Below are positions 50,418 to 60,247 of a stretch of 64,000 nucleotides of DNA, piece by piece. Every line of letters starts with the position of its first letter. The stretch's first letter is position 1. The notes below the pieces were generated by a model, which saw nothing but the letters and a program-made list of their open reading frames with translations, was not told the origin of the DNA and did no database searches. The stretch is from the NCBI GenBank assembly GCA_013374835.1, contig CP055307.1, positions 74,447-138,446 of the forward strand. The letters are read 5' to 3'. This DNA is from Candidatus Woesebacteria bacterium (lineage in GTDB: Bacteria; Patescibacteriota; Microgenomatia; UBA8517). The position numbers and the translations under genes were made by a program.

Positions 50418-51119
50418 ATGCAAAATCCCATCAAAAAAATACCGCTCCTAAACATTCCGGACAAGCCCCTTGTCGGCACAACTCAAGATCACATTCCCGT
50501 TGCTGAAATTGAAAACGACATGGTTCTTCTCAAAGACGGTGGTGCGGCAATAATTCTAGAAACCACATCCCTTAACTTCGGACTTCTGTCTGAACGCGAA
50601 CAAGAAGCAGTAGTTGCAGCTTTTGCGGCACTCATCAATAGCCTTAGTTTTCCAATCCAGATTTTGGTAAGAACCGAAAAAAAAGACGTATCAAAATATC
50701 TTAAATCAATAGAAGAACATCTTCCAAATGTAAAAAGCGAAAAACTAAAAGGATTAATGATCGGCTATAAAAATTTCATCTCAGAAACCATAAAGAAAAA
50801 AAATGTGCTTGGAAAAAGGTTTTTTATAGTAATTCCCTTCTCTCCATTTGAATTAGGCGTTAATGCCAAATCGCTGTTGGATTTCAAAAAAAAGAAAAGG
50901 ACAATACCATACTCCAAGGAATACGTTATCAAAAAAATCCAAACCTCTCTCTACCCCAAAAGAGATCATTTAATCAGACAGGGCACCCGCCTAGGTTTAA
51001 AAATGCGACAACTAAACAACGAAGAAATAATTAAACTTTACTACAATATCTATAATCCCGATTTCGAAGCCATACAAGTAAAAGAAAAGGAGGAGGAAAT
51101 CAAAAATGAATCTATTTAA
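50418..51119 (+). CDS. VirB4/TraC N-terminal-like accessory protein
   Basis: TQDHIPV.EI....V.LKDG...LNFGLLSEREQEA...INSLSFPIQI. Lies between prgI and virB4. Confidence 0.65.
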   Translation: MQNPIKKIPLLNIPDKPLVGTTQDHIPVAEIENDMVLLKDGGAAIILETTSLNFGLLSEREQEAVVAAFAALINSLSFPIQILVRTEKKDVSKYLKSIEEHLPNVKSEKLKGLMIGYKNFISETIKKKNVLGKRFFIVIPFSPFELGVNAKSLLDFKKKKRTIPYSKEYVIKKIQTSLYPKRDHLIRQGTRLGLKMRQLNNEEIIKLYYNIYNPDFEAIQVKEKEEEIKNESI

Positions 51120-53016
51120 AGCCAGAGACAACATAAATCAAAAACACACAAATACCCAAATGCTAAATCCCAAAATTCCCGCCCCAACAAATCAAGGTCA
51201 AGAGGTTCGAAAGCAAAAATTTGCCGATCCCATAGCAGCGCTCAAAGAAATGCCGCTTCTTGACGTCCTTGCTCCAAACAAAATAGAGCTTGATTTCGAT
51301 TATATAGAAATAGACGGAGTATATTTCAGAACACTTTTTGTTGCAGGATACCCGCGCTTTGTCGTCCCCGGATGGATGGAGCCGATCATAAATTTCGACC
51401 ACAGCCTTGATATTTCATTCTTTATTTATCCTGTCGAGGGAAGAACAATCCTCGATGAATTAAGAAGAAAAATCACAGAAATGGAGGCTGAAATTGCAAC
51501 AGACATCCAAAGAGGAAAAATAATAAACCCAGCAACCGAAGCAAAACTGGAAGACGCCAAAATGCTTCAAGAACAGCTCGTTAGAGGAGCCGAGCGCTTC
51601 TTCGAATATTCTTTCTATATTACAATCCCGGCAACTTCTCTCGAAGCCTTAAATAGCATCACAAAAAGAGTAGAATCCACCTTATCCTCTCTTTTAATCG
51701 TTGCAAAACACGCTGCCCTTGATCACGAAAGAGGTTTTCTCTCAACAGCGCCCTTTGGCCGCGATATGCTTTCAATAACAAGAAACATGGACACAACATC
51801 TCTTGCCACCACCTTTCCGTTTACAACAGCCGAGCTAAGTAGCGACGAAGGAATTTTATACGGAATAAACTCTCAAAACGAGTCGTTTATTATATTCGAC
51901 CGATTCACTCTTGAAAATTCAAACATGACCGTTTTTGCTACTTCAGGCGCAGGAAAAAGCTTTTTCGTAAAACTAGAATCTCTTCGCTCTTTGATGTTCG
52001 GCACAGAAATAATAGTAATAGATCCGGAAAACGAATATCAAACACTCTGTGAAGCCGTAGGAGGAGAGTATATTAAATTCTCATACTCAAGCCCCTCAAA
52101 AATAAATCCGTTTGATCTCGCTCAAATATACGAAAAAGGCGAAAACCAGCTAAATCTCAAGCTTCTGTCTCTTCATTCATTGTTCAAAATAATAATGGGT
52201 GAATTAAACGCATCCCAAGAAGCCCTTCTTGATAGAGCTCTTATAAACGCCTACCGCGCAAAAGGCATTACTCCCGATCCCGAAACACAAACCAAAGAAC
52301 CGCCTCTTATTGAAGACCTCTATAAAGCTCTTATTGGAATGGAAACCTCTGAAGCCCTAGACCTCGCCGCACGCATTGAAAAATTTGTAAGAGGAAGCTA
52401 CGCGGGCGTCTTTGACAAACACACAAACATAGATATAAAAAATCCCTTCACCGTCTTTTCAATTAGAGATATTGAAGACAGCATCCGCCCAATATCAATG
52501 TTTATAATTCTTGACTTCATCTGGACAAAAATAAGACGCAACATAAAAAAACGCATCCTTGTTGTTGACGAGGCTTGGCACATGATGCGCTATCCTGATA
52601 CTGCTCAATTTCTCTGGTCTATTGTCAAAAGAGCCCGTAAATACTATCTTGGCCTGACAACAATCACCCAAGATGTTGAAGATTTTCTAGCCCAAGACAT
52701 TGGCAAAGCAGTAGTCACAAACTCAGCTCTAAGGCTCCTTCTCAAACAAAGCCCGGCTGCAATAGACAAGGTTTCGGAAACATTCTACTTATCACAGGGC
52801 GAAAAACAGCTCCTTCTCGGTGCAAATATAGGCGAAGGTATCCTCTTCGCAGGCCCCCACCATGCACCAATAAGAATTGTCGCATCAAACGAAGAGTATC
52901 GATTAATAACAACTAATCCAAAAGACCTTGAGAAAAATCCAGCCTCACCCGAGCTTACACCGGTCGAGTCTGCAAAAATCATAGGCTATTCAAAAGAAGA
53001 AGGAAATATTGTCTAA
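51106..53016 (+). CDS. virB4: VirB4-like T4SS ATPase
   Basis: Walker A ATSGAGKS, IDPENEY, INPFD, Walker B VVDEAW, KRARKY..G...ITQ. Confidence 0.9.
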   Translation: MNLFKARDNINQKHTNTQMLNPKIPAPTNQGQEVRKQKFADPIAALKEMPLLDVLAPNKIELDFDYIEIDGVYFRTLFVAGYPRFVVPGWMEPIINFDHSLDISFFIYPVEGRTILDELRRKITEMEAEIATDIQRGKIINPATEAKLEDAKMLQEQLVRGAERFFEYSFYITIPATSLEALNSITKRVESTLSSLLIVAKHAALDHERGFLSTAPFGRDMLSITRNMDTTSLATTFPFTTAELSSDEGILYGINSQNESFIIFDRFTLENSNMTVFATSGAGKSFFVKLESLRSLMFGTEIIVIDPENEYQTLCEAVGGEYIKFSYSSPSKINPFDLAQIYEKGENQLNLKLLSLHSLFKIIMGELNASQEALLDRALINAYRAKGITPDPETQTKEPPLIEDLYKALIGMETSEALDLAARIEKFVRGSYAGVFDKHTNIDIKNPFTVFSIRDIEDSIRPISMFIILDFIWTKIRRNIKKRILVVDEAWHMMRYPDTAQFLWSIVKRARKYYLGLTTITQDVEDFLAQDIGKAVVTNSALRLLLKQSPAAIDKVSETFYLSQGEKQLLLGANIGEGILFAGPHHAPIRIVASNEEYRLITTNPKDLEKNPASPELTPVESAKIIGYSKEEGNIV

Positions 53017-55381
53017 CATGGCATTTAAAATTCCAGAAAGAAAAGAAGGATTAATAAGGCTTAGGAACCAACTGCTCAAGGCAGCAGAATCCGCATCGAA
53101 AAGCAGCGCTCTTCCTATAGAACTGACAGAGCTTTTAAACAAAGCTTGGCTTATCACCAACAGCATAGATATCAATCCTGAAATTTTAAACAAACTTCCT
53201 CAATCTGCTCAAGTCGACCTTGCTATAAAGATGTCTAAAATAGCTGCCTCTCAACTTAACATTATGATAACAACCCCCTCGCTCTTTGAAATGCTGTTAG
53301 ACGAAAATAGAAAAAAAACAACATCCCCGGACCTCCAATCAGATCTAAAAGAAGCTTTAAAAAATCTCGAAAAAATCATTAAAGACCCTCAAAAATATGG
53401 TATTGACCCAAAAGAAGCACTAACCATTGCTAGCAAACTTCTTAATAACCCGGATCTTGACCCAAAAGATAAAGAAAATCTTGACGAGTTAATAAACGAG
53501 GTTCTGGAGGCAACAAAAACAGTTCAAAATATCGAAGATATCAGTTTTATTCTTTCCCCCGAGCAAAAACAAATAGAAGAAAAAATAAATATTTTTACTA
53601 ACGCCACCGATCAAGGAAAAAACGTACAAAACGAAAAACTGGAACTCGCACAAGTAGCTGGTTTAAGCTCAATACTGCTAAGCCAAAAACAAAATCTCAT
53701 TTCAAAAGCCAAAGTCTTCATAAAAACAACCTATAACTTAATGTACCAAAGACTGATTTCAAAAGGAGGTGCTGCTGCAGCCATCGCTTTTCTCGCCGAT
53801 AAAGCAATCAAAACTGTTGCAAGAGTTGCAAGCATGGCAAAAAGAGCCACTCAAGGAAATATTGGAGACTTAGCGCTACTTAGTGTTTTTTTTGCCGGTT
53901 TTTTAATAGGCGGTCCAATCGGCGCAGCACTCATGCTTTTTGCAATAAGTCCAAGGTTCAGAAAAATAGTAATAACAGGCCTTTTTATATCTCTCACACT
54001 TATCCTAACAGAAATGCTTATTGCTCTTTTGGTTATCATTATTTCTATCTCAATAATTCTTTTTATAATCAATTCAGGAGCCTATATAGTTCCCCAAGGA
54101 TCACCGCTTCAAGGAGAAGAATTAACCCAAGGTATAGTAGCATCGGGAACCTGTCCCCTAGTTTCCAGTTGTCCTAAAATCGACTCAGGCTCCTATAATC
54201 CGGAAAACGAAACGGGTCACGGAAGCAACTCTTATTGGGGTTCTGCAACAAATGCCTGTACTTATTCCATCCCCATTGACCCAATGGGGGGTTGTCTTGG
54301 CCCCGATCCTACAAACGGAAGAAATTTCTGCTCTTCTGCTCCAACAAGATGCTCTGTTTACGGATACGCTGCAGACGTGGTTGATTGCAATGGGGTTTAT
54401 GCAGACGTAGCTCTCCCCTATCTTTGTGATCCTGGAAGCGAAACGTGTAGCCCCTTAACTTGGCGCTTTATTGACGGATGGTACAACTGCCAAGGAGCAA
54501 GCGTCCCAAATAAAGCATCCTGCACAAGAGAAGGGTGGGGATATGGTGCAATCTTTGAGGCAATAGGAAACGGACACATTTGGCGCATCTACCTTAACCA
54601 CATTAGCCAACTTCCCTCGGGCAAAACTTATCAATCAGGCTCTGTAATCGCCCAGCTCACCAACGAACTCATTCCAGGACATCTCCATGTCGAGCTTAAC
54701 ATCGATGGTTTTGCAGTTAAACCGGACTTTCTCTGCTCGGGAGAAGGCTCTGGAATAACACCTCCCGTAAATACAGACCTTGAAGGTTGGTACGTCACAG
54801 TAAATCCGGAAAATCTTATAGCATCAAACCCGCTTTCAGAAAACGAGGTTGGTATTAATTCCTGTACTTGGATGAGCTCAAAAGGTCTATCTGCTGCCAT
54901 TAATGCCAATTTTTACTTAAACGCAAACACTCCAATAGGCCACGCAGGTTATAATGGCAATTTTACAAATTACCCACCAGATGAGGGTTTTTCAGCCTAC
55001 AACTTTAAAACTCTCGTTGTGACAGAGAGCAACCAAGCTCAAATTGTAAAACACTCAAACTTGCCGGACAATCTTACAGGCCAAGGTTATAAACTTGCTG
55101 TTACAGGAGTTGCATATAATAACATTACAGGTTCAGGCCCCAAAACAGTCGTTGGAATCAAAAATAATCGCGTCTATTTAATAATATTAAGAAGCGCAAC
55201 GGCAGTTCAAGTACAACAGTTTATGGAATCTGTATTGGGAGTAGACGACGGATTCTTTCTTGATAGCGGCGCATCAACAACTCTATGTAACTCAAACGGC
55301 ATAGTCTTTTCCGGCCAGAATCCACCAAGAAATATTCCCTCGCACATAGGAATTACAAGCGGTAGTTTTATCAGGTTATAA
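53009..55381 (+). CDS. Membrane protein with extracellular M23-like peptidase and phosphodiester glycosidase (NAGPA)-like domains
   Basis: Helical N-half, 2-3 TM helices, YAADV...GYG...YLNH...GHLHVEL (M23-like), AAINANFY...KTVVGI...FLDSGAST (NAGPA-like). Confidence 0.6.
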   Translation: MSNMAFKIPERKEGLIRLRNQLLKAAESASKSSALPIELTELLNKAWLITNSIDINPEILNKLPQSAQVDLAIKMSKIAASQLNIMITTPSLFEMLLDENRKKTTSPDLQSDLKEALKNLEKIIKDPQKYGIDPKEALTIASKLLNNPDLDPKDKENLDELINEVLEATKTVQNIEDISFILSPEQKQIEEKINIFTNATDQGKNVQNEKLELAQVAGLSSILLSQKQNLISKAKVFIKTTYNLMYQRLISKGGAAAAIAFLADKAIKTVARVASMAKRATQGNIGDLALLSVFFAGFLIGGPIGAALMLFAISPRFRKIVITGLFISLTLILTEMLIALLVIIISISIILFIINSGAYIVPQGSPLQGEELTQGIVASGTCPLVSSCPKIDSGSYNPENETGHGSNSYWGSATNACTYSIPIDPMGGCLGPDPTNGRNFCSSAPTRCSVYGYAADVVDCNGVYADVALPYLCDPGSETCSPLTWRFIDGWYNCQGASVPNKASCTREGWGYGAIFEAIGNGHIWRIYLNHISQLPSGKTYQSGSVIAQLTNELIPGHLHVELNIDGFAVKPDFLCSGEGSGITPPVNTDLEGWYVTVNPENLIASNPLSENEVGINSCTWMSSKGLSAAINANFYLNANTPIGHAGYNGNFTNYPPDEGFSAYNFKTLVVTESNQAQIVKHSNLPDNLTGQGYKLAVTGVAYNNITGSGPKTVVGIKNNRVYLIILRSATAVQVQQFMESVLGVDDGFFLDSGASTTLCNSNGIVFSGQNPPRNIPSHIGITSGSFIRL

Positions 55382-55389
55382 TAAAAGAG

Positions 55390-55896
55390 ATGAAAAATTT
55401 TATTTTACAGATAATTCAAAAGCGCGCTAAACTGCTTGTATTCCTAATATTTCTAATTTCTTTGGTTTTACTAATTACCCTACTATCAAATCGTCCAAAA
55501 GAATCTCCTACAACAAGCGCTCCCCCCACTTCAGCGTCTATTTCAATTGAATACGGCGACCTCCCAATGCCTCAAATATTTCCTAAATCCGGCAAATTAA
55601 ACTGGGGAGAAACAAAAAACGCAATAACACTTAAATTCGATAAAACAATCAACAAATCAAGCGTTCAAATAAGCTCTCAGCCTCCAAAAAATTTCAAAAT
55701 ATCCACGCTTCCTGATGATCTCGGAAGGATTATTATCACTCCCCTAACACCATGGGAAACTGGAAAAACTTATAAAATTACGATTTTTAAAGGCATAAAA
55801 ACCGCCTTGCAAGAACCTTTAATGCTTAAAGAGGATATAAATCTCGAGTATGAAATACTTTCTCCAACAAGGCCAAACTACGACAGACCAGCCTAA
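55390..55896 (+). CDS. Membrane-anchored Ig-like (Big_5-type) protein
   Basis: TM helix, then FP.......ITLKFDKTIN...IIITPLTPWETGKTYKITI. Confidence 0.65.
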   Translation: MKNFILQIIQKRAKLLVFLIFLISLVLLITLLSNRPKESPTTSAPPTSASISIEYGDLPMPQIFPKSGKLNWGETKNAITLKFDKTINKSSVQISSQPPKNFKISTLPDDLGRIIITPLTPWETGKTYKITIFKGIKTALQEPLMLKEDINLEYEILSPTRPNYDRPA

Positions 55897-55904
55897 CCCA
55901 AATA

Positions 55905-57008
55905 TTACTCTTGAGTCTTTACAGGCATAATAATATGATAAAAATTGTTGCTTTGCCCATCCCTAAAAACCCCGGGAGAAATAGAATCAGTAAATTCCAT
56001 AATAACCTCATCCCCATCAACCACATTCAAAAAATCCTCAATAAAACGATAATTATAAGTAATTTCAACTTCCCCACCCTCAACTTTCGCATCTATTTTA
56101 ATATTTTGGCTTCCCGACCGTGAACTCTCGGAAGAAAGCCCAATTCCCTCATCTAAAACTTTCAATTTAACAGTATTAGCACTATCACGAGCAAAAACAG
56201 AAGCAAGCTTAATAGCTCTTAACAAATCTTCTTTTGAAACAATTGCTTTTACGTTGTAACTTTTAGGGACTATTTTTTCAAAATCAGGGAAATCGCCTTC
56301 AATCAACCTACTGGAAAAGATATTTCCATCAAAACCAAACAACACCTGGTTATCACCACTTCTGTACTCAAAATCAAGCATTTCTTCAACGTCTCTAAAA
56401 CGGGAAATTTCAGCCAAAATGTTCCTAGGAACTATAAATTTACATGGCTTTACTTTTTCTCCCAATAAAAACTTGACAGATGACAACCTAAATCCATCAG
56501 ATGAAACAAGAAGAAGACTATCTCCTTGAAAAACAAACAAAACCCCCGTTAAAATAGGTCTGGTTTCGTCTCGAGACACACTAAAAAGCACTTTACCCAA
56601 CATATCTGAAAATTTCTCAAAATTAATTTTTTTAACGTCCCTGCCGATTTTTTCTGGAATACTAGGAAAATCTGAAGTGTTCATTCCTGCTAAATTTGCA
56701 TAAAAAGCATTCGAGGTTACTAAAAGCGTTTCATTCCTAGATTCCAAGGCTACCGTCTCATAAGCTAAATTTAAAAGTATTTCAGAAAAATTTCTGGCAG
56801 GTACTGCAATATCCCCTTCTTTACTTATTTTTGCAGCAATAGATCCGCAAAAAGAATTTTCAAGATTAGTTGCCATAACATAAATTTTATTTTTGGATGT
56901 TTTAATAACGCTATTTTCAAGTATCGGAAGCTGCGACCTTGTTGAGGTAAATCTAGTAGCAATACTCAAAATTTTTGAAAGTTCATTTCTTAAAACAATC
57001 GCCTTCAT
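55905..57008 (-). CDS. dnaN: DNA polymerase III beta clamp
   Basis: LPIL...ATNLE, ETRPILTGV, SDGFRL, SRLIEGDFPD, IIMP. Confidence 0.97.
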   Translation of the reverse strand: MKAIVLRNELSKILSIATRFTSTRSQLPILENSVIKTSKNKIYVMATNLENSFCGSIAAKISKEGDIAVPARNFSEILLNLAYETVALESRNETLLVTSNAFYANLAGMNTSDFPSIPEKIGRDVKKINFEKFSDMLGKVLFSVSRDETRPILTGVLFVFQGDSLLLVSSDGFRLSSVKFLLGEKVKPCKFIVPRNILAEISRFRDVEEMLDFEYRSGDNQVLFGFDGNIFSSRLIEGDFPDFEKIVPKSYNVKAIVSKEDLLRAIKLASVFARDSANTVKLKVLDEGIGLSSESSRSGSQNIKIDAKVEGGEVEITYNYRFIEDFLNVVDGDEVIMEFTDSISPGVFRDGQSNNFYHIIMPVKTQE

Positions 57009-57227
57009 TACTAAAAATTATATTTAAGTTTTATTTTTTTTCAATTCTTAATATTAATTAGTAATAGTAGTAGTAGTTATTGTTGATATGTTAATTTATC
57101 TTGCCTATTTAAGTTAAAAATCCATTGTTAATATTAAGTATGAAAAAATGTAAATAAAAATGTGAATAAAATTATTATTTTTGTGGATAAGTTGATAAAT
57201 AAATATTTTATCAATAACTTATCCTCA
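57009..57227. other. Replication origin oriC (dnaA-dnaN intergenic)
   Basis: Very AT-rich. DnaA boxes TGTGGATAA 57182-57190 (perfect), TGTGAATAA 57161-57169, TTATCCTCA 57219-57227. DnaA-trio-like TAG TAA TAG TAG TAG TAG at 57059-57076. Confidence 0.85.
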
Positions 57228-58592
57228 AAAAATATTTTTTATCTGCAAAATATCCTCACGAATTTGTTTATCAATCGAGGCTAAATTAGTTATTTTATCC
57301 ACAGCATGTATTACCGTTGAATGATCCCTTCCTCCAAGAATTCTTCCGATTTCTTCCAAAGGAAGCCCAAGCTCAGTTCTTAGAATATACATTAGAACTT
57401 GTCTCGGTCTGGCTATCATTCTGGCCCGTGCTTTACCCGTCATCGCTCTTTTGCTAATCGAAAAATGGTTACATACAGCCTCAATTACTTCATCCGGAGA
57501 CTTAATTTTTGTGTCTATTCCACTATCTTTCTTTCCAAGAAGATTTTTTACAAAATCCTCTGTTAGCTCAGCGTGTTTTAGATTGACTTCGGACGAAAGT
57601 CTGATTAAAAAGCCCTCTATTTTTCTAGCAGTATCTATGTTTCCGGCAATAAGATGAATTATCTCGGTAGGCAAAGAAATTCCCTTTTCCGAAGCTTTAA
57701 TCTGGGTAATTGCACACCTTAATTCAAAATCGGGTTGTCCAATATCAACAATAAGCCCTGCTTCAAAGCGGCTTTTTAGACGCTCTTCAAGTCTTGGGAT
57801 ATCGCTTGGTGGCTTATCGGAGGTGAGAATAATCTGACCTCCGGCTCCGGTTACGGCGTTAAAAGTATGGAAAAATTCATCCTGTACGGCGTCTTTTCCT
57901 GCAATAAATTGAATATCATCAATAAATAAAGCATCAAGCCTTCTATATTTATTTCTGAACGATTGTGTTGTTTTGTTTCTAATACCCTCTACAATGTCGT
58001 TTGTAAAATCTTCTCCAGTACAAACAACTATTTTTGTATTAATGTTTTTCTCAATCAGTTTATGTCCAACAGCGTGCATCAAGTGTGTTTTTCCAACTCC
58101 CACACCTCCCCAAATAAAAAGCGGATTATAAGCACTTCCCGGCCTAGAAGCTACGGCCTCGGCAGCGGCATGTGCCATCTGGTTTGATCCTGAAACTGCA
58201 AAATTAGAAAAAGTAAACCCGGCACGGATATTAAGCGAAGCGGCTTTTTCAATGCGTCTCTGGTTTATATCATTTTTTTCAAAAAGAGGTGTAGCAAAAG
58301 AATCTTCTTTACTCGACAGCTTGGACTGTTGTTTAACCACAAAATTGATATTAACCGGTGCATCGAGGCTTTCGGAAAGAGAATCTTGAATTAAGCCGAA
58401 ATACCTGGTTTCAAGCGTAGTCTTAATAAAAGAAGATGCGCACCCAATTTTTGCATTAAACCTGCCGTTTGTTTTTTTTATATCTATCAAGCTTGTTTGC
58501 GATAACCAAGTTGAATATATTGCCGGCGAAACAGAAAGTCTCAAACTGCCAAGCATTTCTCTCCACAATTTATTCTTGTCAAGATTCGTCAT
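57225..58592 (-). CDS. dnaA: Chromosomal replication initiator
   Basis: YNPLFIWGGVGVGKTHL, IDDIQF, RLKSRF..GL, GGRDHSTVIHA. Confidence 0.98.
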   Translation of the reverse strand: MTNLDKNKLWREMLGSLRLSVSPAIYSTWLSQTSLIDIKKTNGRFNAKIGCASSFIKTTLETRYFGLIQDSLSESLDAPVNINFVVKQQSKLSSKEDSFATPLFEKNDINQRRIEKAASLNIRAGFTFSNFAVSGSNQMAHAAAEAVASRPGSAYNPLFIWGGVGVGKTHLMHAVGHKLIEKNINTKIVVCTGEDFTNDIVEGIRNKTTQSFRNKYRRLDALFIDDIQFIAGKDAVQDEFFHTFNAVTGAGGQIILTSDKPPSDIPRLEERLKSRFEAGLIVDIGQPDFELRCAITQIKASEKGISLPTEIIHLIAGNIDTARKIEGFLIRLSSEVNLKHAELTEDFVKNLLGKKDSGIDTKIKSPDEVIEAVCNHFSISKRAMTGKARARMIARPRQVLMYILRTELGLPLEEIGRILGGRDHSTVIHAVDKITNLASIDKQIREDILQIKNIF

Positions 58593-58613
58593 TGATAGCC
58601 TTAAACTAATAAG

Positions 58614-58622
58614 TTATCCACA
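58614..58622 (+). promoter_or_regulatory. DnaA box upstream of dnaA
   Basis: Perfect TTATCCACA 22 nt upstream of the dnaA start codon. Confidence 0.7.
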
Positions 58623-58706
58623 TTTCGTCAACCCTTAAAAAACACGAAACGTAAAAATTAATCCGTTGTAAAAACAAAAAACTTTTGTGTTATAATCTCA
58701 TTTGAT

Positions 58707-58844
58707 ATGCCAAAAAGAACCTATCAGCCAAGTAAAATTAAAAAAGCTAGAAAATTCGGTTATCGCGCAAGAACTAAAACAAAAAAGGGAGTTAAAATCC
58801 TCCAAAGAAGAAAACTTAAAGGAAGAAAAAGACTTACCCATTAA
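58707..58844 (+). CDS. rpmH: 50S ribosomal protein L34 (below the ORF track size cutoff)
   Basis: [45 protein letters not shown], canonical position divergent from dnaA. Confidence 0.97.
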   Translation: MPKRTYQPSKIKKARKFGYRARTKTKKGVKILQRRKLKGRKRLTH

Positions 58845-58847
58845 ACC

Positions 58848-59204
58848 ATGCTTGCCAGAAAATTTATGCTTAAAGACAGGTCTGATTTTGATTTAATCAA
58901 AAAAAAAGGCAAGTCATTAAATTCGGAATCATTTATTCTTAGATATTATTATGATAAAAACGCACCTGTATCAAAATTTGGTTTTATAGTCACAACTAAA
59001 GTTTCTAAAAAAGCAAGCCTAAGAAACAAAGCCAAAAGAGCATTAAGCGAAGGCGTAAGAAGATCTATTTTTGCTGTTAAAAAAGGGTACCTTTGTCTAA
59101 TAATTGCCAAACCCGTTATTATAAAAAAATACACGCCAGAAATTATGAAAGAAATTGATGAAACCCTTAAAAAAGCCAATTTATTTATAGCTAACAATGC
59201 TTAA
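58848..59204 (+). CDS. rnpA: RNase P protein
   Basis: FGFIVTTKVSKKASLRNKAKR motif, follows rpmH. Confidence 0.93.
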   Translation: MLARKFMLKDRSDFDLIKKKGKSLNSESFILRYYYDKNAPVSKFGFIVTTKVSKKASLRNKAKRALSEGVRRSIFAVKKGYLCLIIAKPVIIKKYTPEIMKEIDETLKKANLFIANNA

Positions 59205-59424
59205 AAAAATTCTATTAATATCAATCAAATTTTATAAAGCTACAATTTCAATTGTACTTAGATCATTTTTTGGCATGGGTTGCCGTTTCGAACCTACCTG
59301 CTCAGAATATACACATCAAGCAATAAGTACAAGAGGAATTATAATGGGATTATTTTTAAGTATTAAACGTATTTTAAGGTGCCACCCCCTGTCCAAAGGT
59401 GGTTATGATCCGGTGATAAAATAA
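59197..59424 (+). CDS. yidD: Membrane protein insertion efficiency factor
   Basis: CRFEPTCSEY...RILRCHPLSKGGYDPV. Confidence 0.96.
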   Translation: MLKKILLISIKFYKATISIVLRSFFGMGCRFEPTCSEYTHQAISTRGIIMGLFLSIKRILRCHPLSKGGYDPVIK

Positions 59425-59425
59425 A

Positions 59426-60241
59426 ATGGATATTTTTAGAGTTTTACTAATCGAACCGCTCGCGAACGGTCTTGCTGTTTTCTACAAAATTTTTGGCGGA
59501 AACATGGGGGTTGCAATTATTGCGTTCTCTCTTTTTTTAAGGCTTCTTCTTACGCCACTGACAAAGCCATACATGGAATCAATGAAAAAAATGAAGCAGT
59601 ACTCAAAGGATTTGGAGAAATTAAAAAAAAGACATAAAGACGACAAAGCCAAACTTATGAAAGCACAGGCGGATTTTTATAAAGAAAAAGGCATAAACCC
59701 CGGATCGGGTTGTTTACCTTATCTTCTTCAAATAATTATTCTTATAGCTCTTTTTAGGGTGTTCACTGGAATATTGGTCTCGAATGGAGATGTAACTTCT
59801 AAATTTAACGAAATGCTTTACGATTCTGTCAAATTCAGTAGTGACACTGTGATAAACACCAAATTTTTGTATTTAGATGTAACAAAGCCTGATGTAATCA
59901 GACTCCGGGATCTGCCTTTTCCTATTCCCGGTCCTTTTATAATTCTTTCCGCCCTTACGCAATTTTTATCTGCAAAAATGACAGCACCTTATGTAAAAGA
60001 AGAACAAAAAAGGGCCAAAAAAACCAAATCAGACATTGACGATTTTCAAGTAGCAATGCAATCATCAATGATCTATACGTTTCCTATTATGACATTGCTA
60101 ATTGGTATAAGCTTTCCATCGGGGCTTGCAATCTATTGGTTTTTATTCTCACTATACCAAGCGGTGCAGCAATTTAGATCAACAGGATGGGGAGGACTTA
60201 CCCCTTGGATTGAACGAATCAATCTGCTAAAATCAGTTTGA
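59426..60241 (+). CDS. yidC: YidC/Oxa1 insertase (short, no large periplasmic domain)
   Basis: GVAII...RLLLTPL...YKEKGINPGSGCLP.LLQ...PSGLAIYW. Confidence 0.95.
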   Translation: MDIFRVLLIEPLANGLAVFYKIFGGNMGVAIIAFSLFLRLLLTPLTKPYMESMKKMKQYSKDLEKLKKRHKDDKAKLMKAQADFYKEKGINPGSGCLPYLLQIIILIALFRVFTGILVSNGDVTSKFNEMLYDSVKFSSDTVINTKFLYLDVTKPDVIRLRDLPFPIPGPFIILSALTQFLSAKMTAPYVKEEQKRAKKTKSDIDDFQVAMQSSMIYTFPIMTLLIGISFPSGLAIYWFLFSLYQAVQQFRSTGWGGLTPWIERINLLKSV

Positions 60242-60247
60242 CTTAAA

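Noticed and set aside
58702-58896. 64-aa ORF in the track
   Set aside because: Wrong frame. The real gene is rpmH at 58707-58844.
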